In this document: positions 12,501 through 24,966 of the stretch, piece after piece
How positions within the stretch are numbered: position 1 is the stretch's first letter
How the letters are laid out: each line of letters begins with the position of its first letter
From: Leptogorgia sarmentosa
Taxonomy: Eukaryota
DNA length: 64,000 nucleotides
Direction of reading: 5' to 3'
Assembly: GCA_964658305.1 (NCBI GenBank)
Contig: OZ210885.1
Span: forward strand, 13,578,001 to 13,642,000
Translations under genes and position numbers: made by a program
The notes under the pieces: model-generated
The model's database searches: none
What the model was told of the DNA's origin: nothing
What the model saw: the letters and a program-made list of their open reading frames with translations, nothing else

Positions 12501-15500
12501 CACCGATCTCATGCTTAACACCAAAAAATACTTTACTCCAATACAACAGAACGTTACTTCCTACAGTTTTGTAAATTCTTAATATTATTGATTATTTAAT
12601 GTCTAACTGAATTTGATTCCAATCTCCAATAATATATGGTGTGGGTGAATGACAGTGACTGTGAAAATTGACGGATCGCATGCATACTTTGTGTGAATCA
12701 TGGGCGTGTATTACCCATGGAGACGCATCATATTATGTAAGAACCGCGTATACATACGAACTAGCTGGTTAACAACAGAGAATCTTTGTTTTCGGATAGC
12801 ATGCCTAATGGAGTATTTATAAAGATAGGCATAACATTCATGAAGTAATACTTCGCGTTATATAGTGTGGTACCAATCCAAAACAATTGCCATTCATCTA
12901 CATGCAAGCGTACTTGGGCAGTGGTGGTAGAGCAAAGACCCTTAGAGCAAAGACCCTTAGTCGTTAATTAGTAGTTGGGTCGGGGGAAAACACAAGGGTT
13001 TTTATATTAGTGAATATATGGAAACCAAGTAAAAACCAATCGGATGGATTTGAAACACCAGTTTTCGAAAGCCTTCGCCAGAAATGTGGAATCTTATCGT
13101 ATCGTGTAGGCAGTGAAACAAAATTTAGCAAAAAAAGAAAGTAATTACCTAACAGCTGTGGACCAATAGAAAGCAAATTCTTCTCGATAACCTCGAAAGA
13201 CTTCATCAACGACGACTTGAGCAGTTCGATTTCTTTCGAGGGAGGGGTCAGAAAACGAAAATCTGATATTAAGGAGGGGAGATCGAATTGATTCACCTTT
13301 TCATAAAGCCAGTTAAAATTGAAGAACAGTTTATGTAGTTCATCAAATTGTTCGGAGGAGTAGAGGTGATAGGTCAGGTACTTGAAATAATAATCCTTGT
13401 TGCCTTCAAATTTTCCCCAATCTCCGTTCTCGGAATGACCACGAAGTGCCTCCACGAACAAACACTGGACAGAACTTAGTTTGCCTCCCAGTTTTGCACG
13501 TGCAAAACCCAAAAGGAGATCGTGGAGACGGTAGGTCTTCTTTCCATGTAAATCAGATCCTGAAAATTAGCGTCATAAGGCGAATTTCAATTATTAAGTG
13601 TAAAATTTTGGTTCGTGATCGCTTTCTTTTGAAATGCTTGCAATTTAATGTTAATGAGAATCGTTGACTGTTTGTATTTCAAAATAAAGCGTTCGCTAAA
13701 AGTCGATCGCGCGCCATTTCGCACTGAATTAAATTCTGCCGTTATAATCACATATGGTGATTCGAAACGTTTTTGTACAGGACACTAGAGCAGTCTGGGA
13801 CTGCAGTCAGGCTATAGTACAGTAATTTTTCAGATTTAGTATACTCCAGGGCGATGGAAGTATTTTCCATTCAATTCCATTTGTTACTCATCTAGCAATG
13901 CCAGAGGAAAACACGGAAAATATTGGGCAAATGAACGGGCAAATTTGGCTTGCCCACATATGAGTCAACATATGATTATAGCTGAAAATTAATTTCCTTA
14001 GGCTTGTTTGCAATTGACGTTGGTTTGATTAAATGTTCAGCCTAACAACGTGTTGACAGTTAATATACAGCTTTCGCAAAAGGAGCTGTAGTAAAAAAAT
14101 ATTTCAGAAACTTCTCGTCGTAAGCGTGAATTTCATTTCATTATGGTGCATGAAGCAACAGACAAATTTAGCGATCGCAAAAGTTTGAAAATAAGACAAC
14201 AAGCACAAAACTAACATCATAGTTGGAAACAGCGTGCTGAAATTAGTATGAAAGCAAAGTTTGAAGAATAGAAATGATAAAATGGGGAAATTGTGCCCAT
14301 GCAAATTTAGCACAATGTACATACTATTTATGACGCAGAAGTAAGTTAATACACATTATCGTCTGAAATGGATATAATTTACTTTGTGCTGATAAAATAG
14401 TACACAAAATGAATGTGTCTGGCAATGATATTCCCATTTTATGACATTTCTTCTTTAAACTTTGCAATTATGGTAATTTTTGCACGCTGTTTCCAACTGT
14501 GGCGATAGATTTTTGTCTATTATCATGCAACCTGTCTTCATTTACCTTGTTGAATCATCGACTTCTTTTCGAGCTCATCAAGTATACGTCTTCCTTCACG
14601 ACGGCTGCACGAAGTTCTTCCGGCTACTTTGGAAGACCAAAACAGCTCAAGAATGTCTAATGGTACATCCGTATCTTCTGGAAATAAAGCGAAATCTAGA
14701 AACTTTTCTCGTATTTCTTCGTCCAAATGTTGAAAGCTGGCGTTAATGGCTGTTAAGACGTTATCGTAAGGATAAGCTTCGGCGGGATATATTGAACGTA
14801 ATTTTACCAAGTCTGCTTTTTTGAGGTCATTTAAAACGTCTTCCCAGTCTTGTTCGTCGCGAGTGTCGGCTAAACTTGAACCCACAAGGGACAGAGCTAG
14901 CGGTAGATCGCCACAATGGTTTAACATTTCTTCTATAATTCGCCGCATGTTTGAGCTAAACTCGGACTGCTCGTCCTCGGTGACTTGGGCGCTTTGATAC
15001 AAGAGCTTGTAAGATCCAGTCCGTTTTAAAAAATTGAGTTTATACAAAGCAGAACCTCGTAAACCGCGAACAACTTCAGAATTCCTTGTAGTTATTAATA
15101 ATTGGCATTTTCCAGAGAGATGATCAAATACAGAAGCGTGGTTTACACTCCAAACATCATCAAGAATCACCAAGCAATCTTTGTCACTCTGCAATACATA
15201 GAAAACTGCTTTATATACTGTCGTTGTGCTGATGCTTTTCGAGTTTCTTGGGTAAAATTAACTGGGTCGAAGCAGAAGCAACGTTGCCACTGCTTCAGAA
15301 TTATCAATAGATGGGTAGCCAAATCGATAATGTGAGAAGGCACATTCATATATCCGCGTTTACAAAGTTCAAAGACACTAGATTTCGAAAAAGTCATTAA
15401 GAATACGAATATACATGAATATGATCCCCACGCATTATCGGGCTATGTATGGCACTGATTGAAAGGGCGACCCTCACCTAGTGTATCCTCGCCTTTGTCA

Positions 15501-18500
15501 TTGGCATACTGTAAGTGGTAAAAAGCTTACATGTGTGTTCGTTACTTTGAAACGAAAAAACCTGATATCCATCTCATCACGCTAATCACTTTCTCTGTTT
15601 TCCTCTTATGGCGGAATCAGTGGAAGTTTACACAACGCGCTATTTGCATCACCAGTAACTTTTGACAACGATTTTGTGTAATAGCGCATCAATGCGTATT
15701 ACAAAAAGTTCAAATAATTTACACATACCGTGTTTGCTGTGACCCAGGATTGCGCTGCCCGGATGTCAGTGAACGAGGCTTCGCCACCAAGAAGTTTTAT
15801 GAGCAGGTTAATGAGTGATAAGCAGTCAGGAGTTTCTCCAACATCAAGCCATATTACCTGACGAGATTCTTTGGCAGACCAAGCGACAGCCAGAGCTAAG
15901 ATGGTCTTACCCAGACCCCCCATACCACGGATACCAACGACGTCGCCGCTACGATTCCCGACCACACCAACTCGATTATTTCCTTCTGTAAGTAGTTTCA
16001 ATATGTCGTTCACTTCTGATGGTCTTTTCACCATGTCACGAGGTAGATTGCGTAATCCATACGCAACTACAATATAAAATAAAGGGAATATGCTGGATGA
16101 ATACAACTAAACAGGGTTGGATCTACAATTCCCGTGCAAAATGAGACTTTACAGTACCGTCCTCGAGTAACATACACTCGACTCGCGCGTAGCGAGTGCG
16201 CGCGAGTCACTCGCGAGCCGTTCGAGTACTCGCTTGACTCGCTACTCGCGAGTACGCGCAAATCATGTTGGCAAGAAATACTCTTTTCACTCGCAAAATA
16301 GATCACTCGCTGCACTCGCCAGTATTTCGAGTCTGCGAGTATAAAACCGGTAAAAACACTAAAAACACTAAAAATCAATTTGTTAATGTAAATCTTCATG
16401 TAGACATAGGTACTCACCGCGTCATCAGGTATAAACGCACATGTAATAATCACAAATAACCAACGCAGGCGGTTTTCCCGTATTCGGCGGTCAAAACTCC
16501 GTTGTCCTTGTATTCGATGAAAAGTCCCTTCCCTAAGTTTTGTCAGGTTTGATGGCCGTTTAGAGCAGAATGAATCACCGAATTTTGTATAGGTTATTTT
16601 TATCCAAAGGCAGAGCAACGCGTTTATTATTGTTATGAATGCAAGGTTGACATGTTATGAATGCAAGTTGACATGTCATGATATGCGAAGTTGACATGTT
16701 ATGAATGCGAAGTTGACATGTTATGAATGCGAAGTTGACATGTTATGAATGCGAGGTTGACATGTTATGAATGCGAAGTTGACATGTTATGAATGCGAAG
16801 TTGACATGTTATGAATGCGAAGTTGACATGTTATGAATGCGAAGTTGACATGTTATGAATGCGAGGTTGACATGTTATGAATGCGAAGTTGACATGTTAT
16901 GAATGCGAAGTTGACATGTTATGAATGCGAAGTTGACATGTTATGAATTCGAAGTTGACATGTTATGAATGCGAAGTTGACATGTTATGAATGCGAAGTT
17001 GACATGTTATGAATGCGAAGTTGACATGTTATGAATGCGAAGTTGACATGTTATGAATGCGAAGTTGACATGTTATGAATGCGAAGTTGACATGTTATTA
17101 GCATAACAGTGATACAATGAGCGATGAATTTGCATTTGTTATTTGCGCTCAATTGAGACATCTTCATTGTCGCGTTGCTCCGCCTTTGGATAAAAATAAC
17201 CGATACAAAATTCGGTGATTCATTCTGCTCTAAACGGCCATCAAACATGACAAAACTTATGGAAGGGACTTTTGATCGAATACAAGGACAACGGAGTTTT
17301 GACCGACTACGAGAAAACCGCCTGCGTTGGTTATTTGTGATTATTATATGTGTTTATACCTGGTGACGCGTTGAGTACCTATGTCTACATAAACATTTAC
17401 ATTAACAAATTGATTTTTAGTGTTTTTAGTGTTTTTACCGGTTTTATACTCGCAGGCTCGAAATACTCGCGAGTGCAGAGAATGATCTATTTTGCGAGTG
17501 AAGCGAGTATTTTTTGCCAACATTATTTGCGTTTACTCGCGAGTAGCGAGTCAAGCGAGTACTCGAACGACTCGCGAGTGACTCGCGCGCACTCGCTACG
17601 CGCGAGTCGAGTGTATGTTACTCGAGGACGGTACTGTTGCTATTTCAAACATTTTTCTCATATTCACACATGAATTTATCCAGATCTACTTCAATTTGTT
17701 TTAATATTTCCCTGCCCCGTTAACAATTCTGCCTGGATCTTTTTGAGCAAACCAGACGGCGTGATATCGTTGTTCCAAGATTGTTTCAGGGGGGGATGGG
17801 GACAAGTAGTTAGTCTGAACAATTTTTGCACGCGATTGATCCCGTGCAAAAATAAGGAGACATTACCTACTTCAAACATTTTTTCTCATTTGAACACATT
17901 TATACAAATGTACTTCATTTTTTTTAATAATACCCCCTTACCCCGTTAACAATGTTGCCTGGGTCTTTTTGAGCAAGCCAGGTGGTGTGATATCGTTGTT
18001 ACGATATCGTTGTTACCATCTTTTTCAACGTATCGCAAAAATGGCGGAAGGTCGTGTTTTGACTGAGTCTGCCGGGTTGTCTTGAAGGGTTCAAGACAAT
18101 CTTTATAACTGTGCTTTATAACTGTGCTTTATAGGTTTACTTATGTTGGCAATCGAATTAGATGGATTGTTACTTTCGAGACGTTGAAAATATTTTCGAA
18201 AAATGCCATTGGTCAGGAGGGTAAATGCATTTCATCAGGTGGCAAATATAAGAAGTTTCTGAACTCCAAATCTGACCCATAATCACATGGAATCATGCTG
18301 ACCTTCGAAGGTAATGTGGGAGATAACTTAAAAGAACTGTTTGTTGATATTTACTCAGTGAACGAGGTGAATCCGACGAATAACATAAGCTTTGAACCTG
18401 GCTCTTTGAGAAAAGACAAATTGTTGCATGGCGAACAAATCATGTCCGGAGCTGATGGAAGAGTCATAGAGCGTGATAGTGCTAAATCTGAATGCGAGGT

Positions 18501-21500
18501 AGTAACACATACTTCGGACATTTCAAATCTTCAAGAACTGCAGGAAATTGTTGACCGATCTCATGAAGTGTGTTGCCCCGAAGTGGCAACATTAAGGTGT
18601 CCGTTGAAAGAATTGATTTTTATAAAAAGTAATTCTAGTCTGTTGGAAAAGACCCCCTTGGATTTTCCAAATTCTAATTTAATTTGTTTTTGTTTTTTTA
18701 CATTATAAGTACCCAAGCAATATGTAAGTAACCAAAAACTTTTTACCTTAATTAAGCCGCTTAACGAAGTTGAGAGCGATTTAAAAATTGTCTTTTGATA
18801 CATCCTGTATTAACGTATCATTTTAGTTACGCTATCTCGTGCCATTGTGCATATATAAAAGTATTGTATGTTAATTGCTCAGGTGATTAGAAATATATTT
18901 TGATTTGCTGACTTTATAAAATGCCGTGAATCTCATTATTTTGCGCCGTGTTGAAATTAAAAACCACTGCATTGTGGTGCATACGCATCTATGCAAGTGT
19001 TTGTTGGAAATATGAAATCTGTGCGTTATTTTTTTAGAGTGAGCAGAGCTTTTGCTGTTTATTGATGTTGTTATCCGTTATACCTAAACTGTAGCTACAT
19101 GTTGAAGCATGTTATCATGAATTTATTAAACTTGTTGTCACAAGCTATTCCAGAGGGGGAGAAGAAATATGAACTGCACCGGTCGGCAGGGCTTGTCCAT
19201 AGAAAGTAACCATTGAATATAGAATAAAATGCTTGCATGCTACAAAGATATAGATGGAAATTAACATAAGAGTGCAATAGAATAAAACGTATGATACAAT
19301 TACGCTCTTCCTGTTCTATTAACCTTTCGCAGGGTGGAACTTGTACAAAAAAATCTTGTACAACACTTATCCGGAACTTTTCACAACAACATTCGATCCC
19401 GATTTACCCTGTACTTATTAATATATTCTTTAGATAGGACGTCTACTTGTCATTCCTAATTTTATCTATTTAAATGCTTGTATAAAAATATTATAATAGT
19501 TACCCTAGTAGTTTGTATATTTTTAGTCAGGCTGACACCGTGCATTGGATCCAGTCCCGTTCTCGTGTATTTAGTATGTTTGTTACTGAATTAAAGTCAA
19601 TATCATAAATGAAAATGATAATGAGGCACTTTAGGTCATAAATCAAGAGAAGAAGCATTTAACTACAATAAGCAACATTTAAGCATTCTTGTCGCAATTG
19701 AGCTGCGTCAACTTTTCACGAGCGTTTTTTATTTGGTTGCGACCTACGCAGTTAACCCGCCCAGCATTAAAATTCAATTTTTTAGTAATGATGAGTGCGA
19801 CAGCGCGTACTGCACTGCCAATGCTTTCGGATTCCCAGTAAATCTGGGAAGTGTTAGAAGACATGTTGTATTCCTGTTGCCGTTTACTCTAACGAGATAT
19901 TTTCCTACAGGAAATTTTTAGAAACAGAACGTTGAAGACCGGGAGGATCCGTGGGGGAAAATTTTTGAAAATTGAATGGCTGCCTGATACTAGAGTACTC
20001 TGTAAATTTTCCTGCATAATATATTCTGCATAAATAGTTTCCCATCTTTCCTAGTTAATTGAAACACTACCTTTTTTCTCTGCAAAATCTGAATGCTCCG
20101 TCCACGGCTTTTTCTGACGATATTCGATTTCATCTGTTTTCTCCGCCAGACGTTTAAGCTCCATTGAATGATGTTCAAGTTTCTCAGCTGCAGAACTTTC
20201 AACCTCTGTAATTTTGCGAAGCAGTGTGGATTGTATGTTATCGACTTTCTCCTTCACTGGATTTATCTGAATAGATAAATTTGATTTAGTAATATTCAAT
20301 TTACGGGCTGAAACAAATTTGAAATCACTCTCAACTTCACAAAGCGGCTTAAGGTGTGTGATGTAATAATAGTTATAATCTAACGTTGTTCGTATAGGCA
20401 ATTGTATGGTTTCGAGTGCAATCTGGAAAAAACATGCACGTGTGAGTTTTTCAAAGACATTGAAAATTGCACGAGTCCAAAGGACGAGTGCAATTTGAAG
20501 TCTTTGAAAATTTCTAAAATTATGTCTTCCTTTAGTGGTCGTCATGTTATCAGTCGCACTAAACGGCCTAAGCACTTACGCATTTCAGGCGTACTCGATC
20601 AAAGGTAAAGGCTGTGTAGTTTCTAGGCGTACTCATTCAAAACCAAAAGGCTTTCTGTACGCGTTATGGGCGTTATTGATCAAAACTGAAGGGCGGCGGG
20701 GGGCTTTCTAAGCGAAATTCTATCTACTAGGTATAGGCAAAACAAAACGACTGTTTTGATATGCATTGATGGAGGTCGACATGGGCTTTCTCGGGCGTTG
20801 TTTACCAATTACCAATGGTGCGAACGTACGTAACCATAATCCATTCTCTTCGGAAAAAGCGCCAGCACAGTAGAGTTTGCGGAAACCGCTTTTTCTGCCC
20901 GAGTAAACGCTTGGCAAGCGTCTTGTTTCTGTTTAAAGTATACATGCAGCTATTTGGGATTCTGCGTATTTGAGCTGTTCAGTATATTTCAAGACGAAAT
21001 ACAATATATTTTTAAGAGTAAGCCTTCGTAGTTGTCTGCGGTGTTTAATGGTGCCTGAGTTAAGGATCACTTGAAAACACGCAAAAGTATTGTGTTATCA
21101 CTAAATATTGTCACGTAGTTATGTACGTTTTAAATCGGCTCAAAAACATTCCATTTTTTATCACGCAATAACGAGCACCGTGCATATACAATCCCAATTA
21201 CAACTCCTTTACGAGGCAACCTGCGGAAATAGATTCATGATTTTACATGTCCCGGAGGGATACAAATTTCCGAAAAGGGGCCAACTTTCCTGTGACACCC
21301 GAGTAAAGCAAAATATGGTCTGCTTGTTGAACGGGTCCATATAATACTAATTTAGCGATTGCTAGGGGGAATATTAGATTTTTCTCAAACCTTTTTGTCT
21401 GTTTCAAACTGCCAAGTTTCACCACTTCGGCGAAGTTCGTCAAGTAATTTTAAGTAACGACCATCAACAAAAACGTCCTTGACTAAGAACGAAAAAGTAT

Positions 21501-23430
21501 ATTATTAAATCAAGCAAATAATACAATAACACAGGTACCGTATTTGCAGTAATAAGGAAGTCCCAGAGTTAGTACTGTTTGGTATGAGAAATTTCCAGTA
21601 TGGGTATTCGGGAAAATTATACTGATATTATCGGTATACCGATTTTTGAACGAGTGACATCAGCTAAGGGCTTAAAAACCTCTAAGTCTAACGCTGTAAT
21701 CGCATGATGAGAATATTTACCAATTCGAAGCATGTAAAATGTTGTGTTCAAGCATAGCCTTAAAAACCGTACTTAATTACAACAACCAATTAACTGATAC
21801 ATTTCAGGCTGACTACACTCGCACATAGTAGCAACATTACAGAACTATCACAGCTTATTGAAGAATTTCGTTCGGTATACATAAAACTTCGATATATGGT
21901 ATAACGAAAAAACCTATACAGATATACGGATATATTAGTTTTCGTACCGATATTTTGGTATATCGGTATACCGAACAGTCCTTCCCAGAGTACAACAGTC
22001 CCTCGAATAAGAGATTCAAGGTGTAGTATTTAAGCACTTCTGACGACTGAAAAAAGTGGTTCAGTAAGTTTTCAAGTATCTTTCATGCAGTTCAAATGGA
22101 GTATATATCACGTTGTTAAACATTGAACACCAGGAAAACAGAAGAATATATACCTAGTGTTTTGTAGTTTGTAATAAAACTAGTTGTGCAATTTAAATGA
22201 GCGTTAAACAAAACAAACGAAATCTTATATAGTCTAAAGTATATATCCTGTTTTGAATCTACGCGCATACGGATCATATATATTAGCGTCTTGAACAGAA
22301 TGAACAGAATGAACAGAATATTATGGTTGCGCGAATTCCAGAAAGCGATCGAGGTAGTCGCGAAAGCTTGTATCATGTATCATGAATCAAAGCACGGCTC
22401 TACAAATATCAATTGATACATGCACTATACCATGCATGGACTGTGTATAGCTACTGATATTACTACAGTCATATTGAAACTGTTGTCATGTAAGTCTATT
22501 CATGCACAGATCGTAGCTAATACTTCACGCAGTATGCAGTAAGTATTCGCATTTAATCACCAATTTTTGTCAAAAAATTCACCTTGAGCAAGATATCTTT
22601 GGCAGTGGATAGCTGAAGCCTATCTTACGGCCAGTGAAATATTATACATGAATGCAATATATCTTTCGATGGATTAATCTTAATCAGCTATAAGAGCAGG
22701 AAGGATAATCTCACTACCTAAACGATAAAACAGATTCGACGTTTCGTTTAGGTAGTGAGATTATCCTTCCTGCTCTTGTTCGTTATCCTGAAGTGCTACC
22801 TACACTGGTCACGTGTGTGTAATTTAAACTGATACCTTTATTCTTCCATTCCAGTAGATCATCACACGCCTGTTTTTCAACATCAGCTGATAAATTAATG
22901 TTTTTCATTAAGAATTCCATGTCTTGAATTGCATCATTGAACATCACATTGGTCCAATTGGAAAAATCACAATGAGCCCACTCATTTCTCACTTTTAACT
23001 TTACATTCTTTGCGTACACTGAGGCACCAGATGTTATGAATGGATCTGCTTCACACATGAGAGTCAGTAAAGCAGAAAGATCCATTGTATCGTCAAAACC
23101 TGTAAACTTTGCCATGAAGGGTTGAACCAACAACTTTGCCAAAGACAGAGCATCTTTCACCGCGTAGTCATATGCGGGAGATTTGTGTACATCATTACCG
23201 TTGATGTTTTTATATTGTAAAGACAACGTTGATGGTGGCAGCGTTTTAATTTGCTTTCCGAAAACTTGTTTATCAATTTCAACAGGTGGTTTACATAAGT
23301 CTTGATACCAGCTCTTCAATTCTGCATCGACAACTTTCCTCAAGGTGGGAGTGACAACTTTGGTAAGGCAAATACCTGTTACAACCCATCTGGATTCTTC
23401 ATCTGTTGTGTAACTGGCACCGCTTGCCAT
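6340..23430 (-). CDS. Gene A: HEPN - coiled coil - NB-ARC (APAF-1-like STAND ATPase) - helical domain - WD40 protein; coding exons 23430-22836, 21482-21391, 20266-20071, 16066-15729, 15188-14546, 13559-13149, 9127-8882, 6558-6340; 3' end not found in window
   Basis: All eight exons have GT..AG boundaries and compatible phases, giving one open frame. Motifs in order: RNEWAH, GMGGLGKT, CLVILDDVW, LLITTRN, CGDLPLAL, FALFPED, LHDLL, GH..W-type WD40. Confidence 0.88.
8882..9127 (-). CDS. Gene A exon 7: end of helical domain and first WD40-like repeat
   Basis: gccag|GCAGACTG gives GRLLSY...VWSLA...ICGLLNGSITIFDLDT; ACAG|gtaggt donor. Confidence 0.82.
13149..13559 (-). CDS. Gene A exon 6: MHD-equivalent (LHD) motif and APAF-1-like helical domain
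   Basis: ttcag|GATCT... gives YRLHDLLLGF then YYFKYLTYHL...FNWLYEKV...SLISDF...QLL; TTAG|gtaat donor; 411 nt as in gene B. Confidence 0.88.
14546..15188 (-). CDS. Gene A exon 5: NB-ARC Walker B, RNBS-B, GLPL, RNBS-D
   Basis: CLVILDDVW, LLITTRN, CGDLPLAL, FALFPED; 643 nt as in gene B; CAAG|gtaaat donor. Confidence 0.92.
15729..16066 (-). CDS. Gene A exon 4: NB-ARC Walker A
   Basis: VVGIRGMGGLGKTILA; tgtag acceptor, ACG|gtatgt donor; 338 nt as in gene B. Confidence 0.92.
16152..17636. mobile_element. Foldback element with about 470-bp TIRs (CAGTACCGTCCTCGAG...) and a minisatellite core; probable TA target (Tc1/mariner-like)
   Basis: The arms are reverse complements; gene B has the empty site (GTTGC-TA-AAGTCTC, about 52130); flanks read TA on one side and a one-mismatch copy on the other. 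Confidence 0.9.
16630..17097. repeat. 22-bp minisatellite (AGTTGACATGTTATGAATGCGA)n, about 21 copies
   Basis: Contiguous near-perfect tandem units with no spacers. Confidence 0.97.
20071..20266 (-). CDS. Gene A exon 3 (predicted coiled coil)
   Basis: ttcag|ATAAATCCA ... AAAAAAG|gtagt; heptad-like E/K/L-rich sequence; conserved in gene B. Confidence 0.8.
21391..21482 (-). CDS. Gene A exon 2 (linker, VKDVFVDGRYLKLLDELRRSGETWQFETDKK)
   Basis: cttag acceptor, AAG|gtttga donor, phase 1 to 0; shares D..VDGR..KL with gene B exon 2; absent from the ORF track. Confidence 0.75.
22692..22777. repeat. Perfect 34-bp inverted repeat with 18-nt loop in gene A intron 1
   Basis: AAGAGCAGGAAGGATAATCTCACTACCTAAACGA / TCGTTTAGGTAGTGAGATTATCCTTCCTGCTCTT. 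Confidence 0.9.
22836..23430 (-). CDS. Gene A first coding exon: DZIP3/hRUL138-like HEPN domain
   Basis: ATG at 23430 with an in-frame TGA just upstream; acceptor ttgcag opens the exon at 23454; RWVVTGICLTKVVTPTLRKVV...DLSALLTL...VRNEWAH (R-x4-H); donor AAAG|gtatc. Confidence 0.8.
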
Positions 23431-23517
23431 TATTCAGGGATCTAAGACGTTCAGCTGCAATCAATGAACTTCATAAAATTTTTATGTACTTCATATTTTA
23501 AATATACATGGCACTAA

Positions 23518-23806
23518 AGGCCCATTTACACTACACAAGAATTGGTGCGGCGCGGTTAAAATGTGGAACGTGTGCCGGTTTTTATTGGCACAGCACCAAG
23601 AAATTTCTGTGCGTAAATTTTTGTTTCTACCCGTGCCGAGACCCAGAATATAGTTGGACAAATGCCGTGCCATACAAAATAATACCAGTTTGCTTCGATA
23701 TACGGGCAAGTGTAAGTGGCTATTGCCGTGCCAATAAAGGCCGCCACAGTTCCACATTTTAGCCGTGCTGCGCCAAATTGAATTCTTGGGTAGTGTAAAT
23801 GGTCTT
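23518..23806. mobile_element. PIF/Harbinger-type MITE just upstream of the gene A first coding exon
   Basis: TIR AGGCCCATTTACACTACACAAGAATT versus AAGACCATTTACACTACCCAAGAATT; TAA TSD. Confidence 0.82.
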
Positions 23807-24380
23807 TAAACGTGAGCCTAATATTTTTATGAAAATTGGGACCCCTCGAATTATTATGTTGGCAATTTTGTAAAACACCTTTAGGCCCGGCACATCTTTA
23901 CAACATTTGATTGAAGAATGTGCCACACTCAAGAGAAAAGTCCAGAATACATTCTTTCAACAACGCTTCGCACAGTTGTTAACAGTGAAAACATCCTAAT
24001 ATTTCACTGATTTCTGTAGTTTCTGTAGTTCAAATGAGACAGGGAGCTTTCACGTTTTCAACTGGGCAGTTTTTAGGAGGCGAAGAATCAGACCGAAGCC
24101 AGTTGAATACAATAACAACGCCTTATATTTGTAAGGCGATCGCGAGTGAAAAATATTGCCCACTCGACACATAGCTAAGTAATATTTTATTTAATAGCTA
24201 TTGTATTTCTTTCCTTGTGTGTGTCATTCATGCCGAGTCATTCTAATGCAATAATCGTTCAAAACTACGCTTAACTTTCGGTAAAACATTGTTTGGCACA
24301 ATACATAATTTCCCTCCGGAAATACGCATATAGTGCACTGAAGGGCATAATAAACAATCACAAAAACTTCCGCTATAATA

Positions 24381-24966
24381 CAGGGTGTCTCAAAAAAAAG
24401 GTAATCGAACTTTGGCATGCCATTGTGCGTTGATTACTGGGTGTATGAACGTGATTTTTGCATGGTCATAAAGATCAGGGTCTTAGCAGTTGAATGACAT
24501 ATTTGTTGTACGATATGGAAGAAAATCAGGCAAATGCGAGCGTGTTGAAAAATCTCGGTGAAAAACGCATTCTTTCACCTCTGTGCCTAATTAAAGCAAT
24601 GCATAACAAAAGAATAATGCAATTCATCGCGAATGTGTCATGGTAACAAAGATTTTATCAGGATTATTAATAATTATGCATAATCAGGTCGATTGTTGAA
24701 GGGAAGGTCGTCATCTTCGAGTCCCAGAGGGAGTTAATTTTGAATAAGTTTAACTGCAATTCTCAGAGGTGAAAGAATGCGTTTTTCACCGAGATTTTTC
24801 AACACGCTCGCATTTGCCTGATTTTCTTCCATATCGTACAACAAATATGTCATTCAACTGCTAAGACCTTGATCTTTATGACCATGCAAAAATCACGTTC
24901 GTACACCCAGTAATTAACGCACAATGGCATGCCAAAGTTGGATTACCTTTTTTTTGAGACACCCTG
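24381..24966. mobile_element. Tc1/mariner-type MITE with about 200-bp TIRs
   Basis: TA-CAGGGTGTCTCAAAAAAAAGG...GAGACACCCTG-TA; the empty site CGCTATAATACAATT is present in the duplicated units near 27000 and 29090. Confidence 0.93.

Larger units (their letters stand above)
8990..20470. repeat. Left arm of an inverted segmental duplication (mirror of about 49250-64000)
   Basis: Exons and introns align in reverse complement, e.g. 19300-20400 with 49800-50960 and 14400-16150 with 52130-54040, broken by copy-specific insertions. Confidence 0.9.

Noticed and set aside
12915..12965. tRNA-like GGCAGTGGTGGTAGAGCA
   Set aside because: No T-arm or acceptor stem; at most a SINE head fragment.
16630..17097. 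22-bp array as a CRISPR array
   Set aside because: Units are contiguous with no unique spacers, there are no cas genes, and it lies inside a eukaryotic foldback element.
16067..17673. ORFs 16067-16618, 17175-17366 and 17350-17673 with matching peptides
   Set aside because: Mirror readings of the two inverted arms; no protein motifs.
18295..18708. 137-aa ORF antisense in gene A intron 3 as a nested gene
   Set aside because: The gene B copy (51358-51908) is broken by frameshifts and no domain is recognisable; probably a decayed repeat fragment.
6340..23430. Calling gene A (or B) APAF1
   Set aside because: The NB-ARC, helical and WD40 parts are APAF-1-like, but the N-terminus is HEPN-like, not CARD; orthology cannot be shown here.
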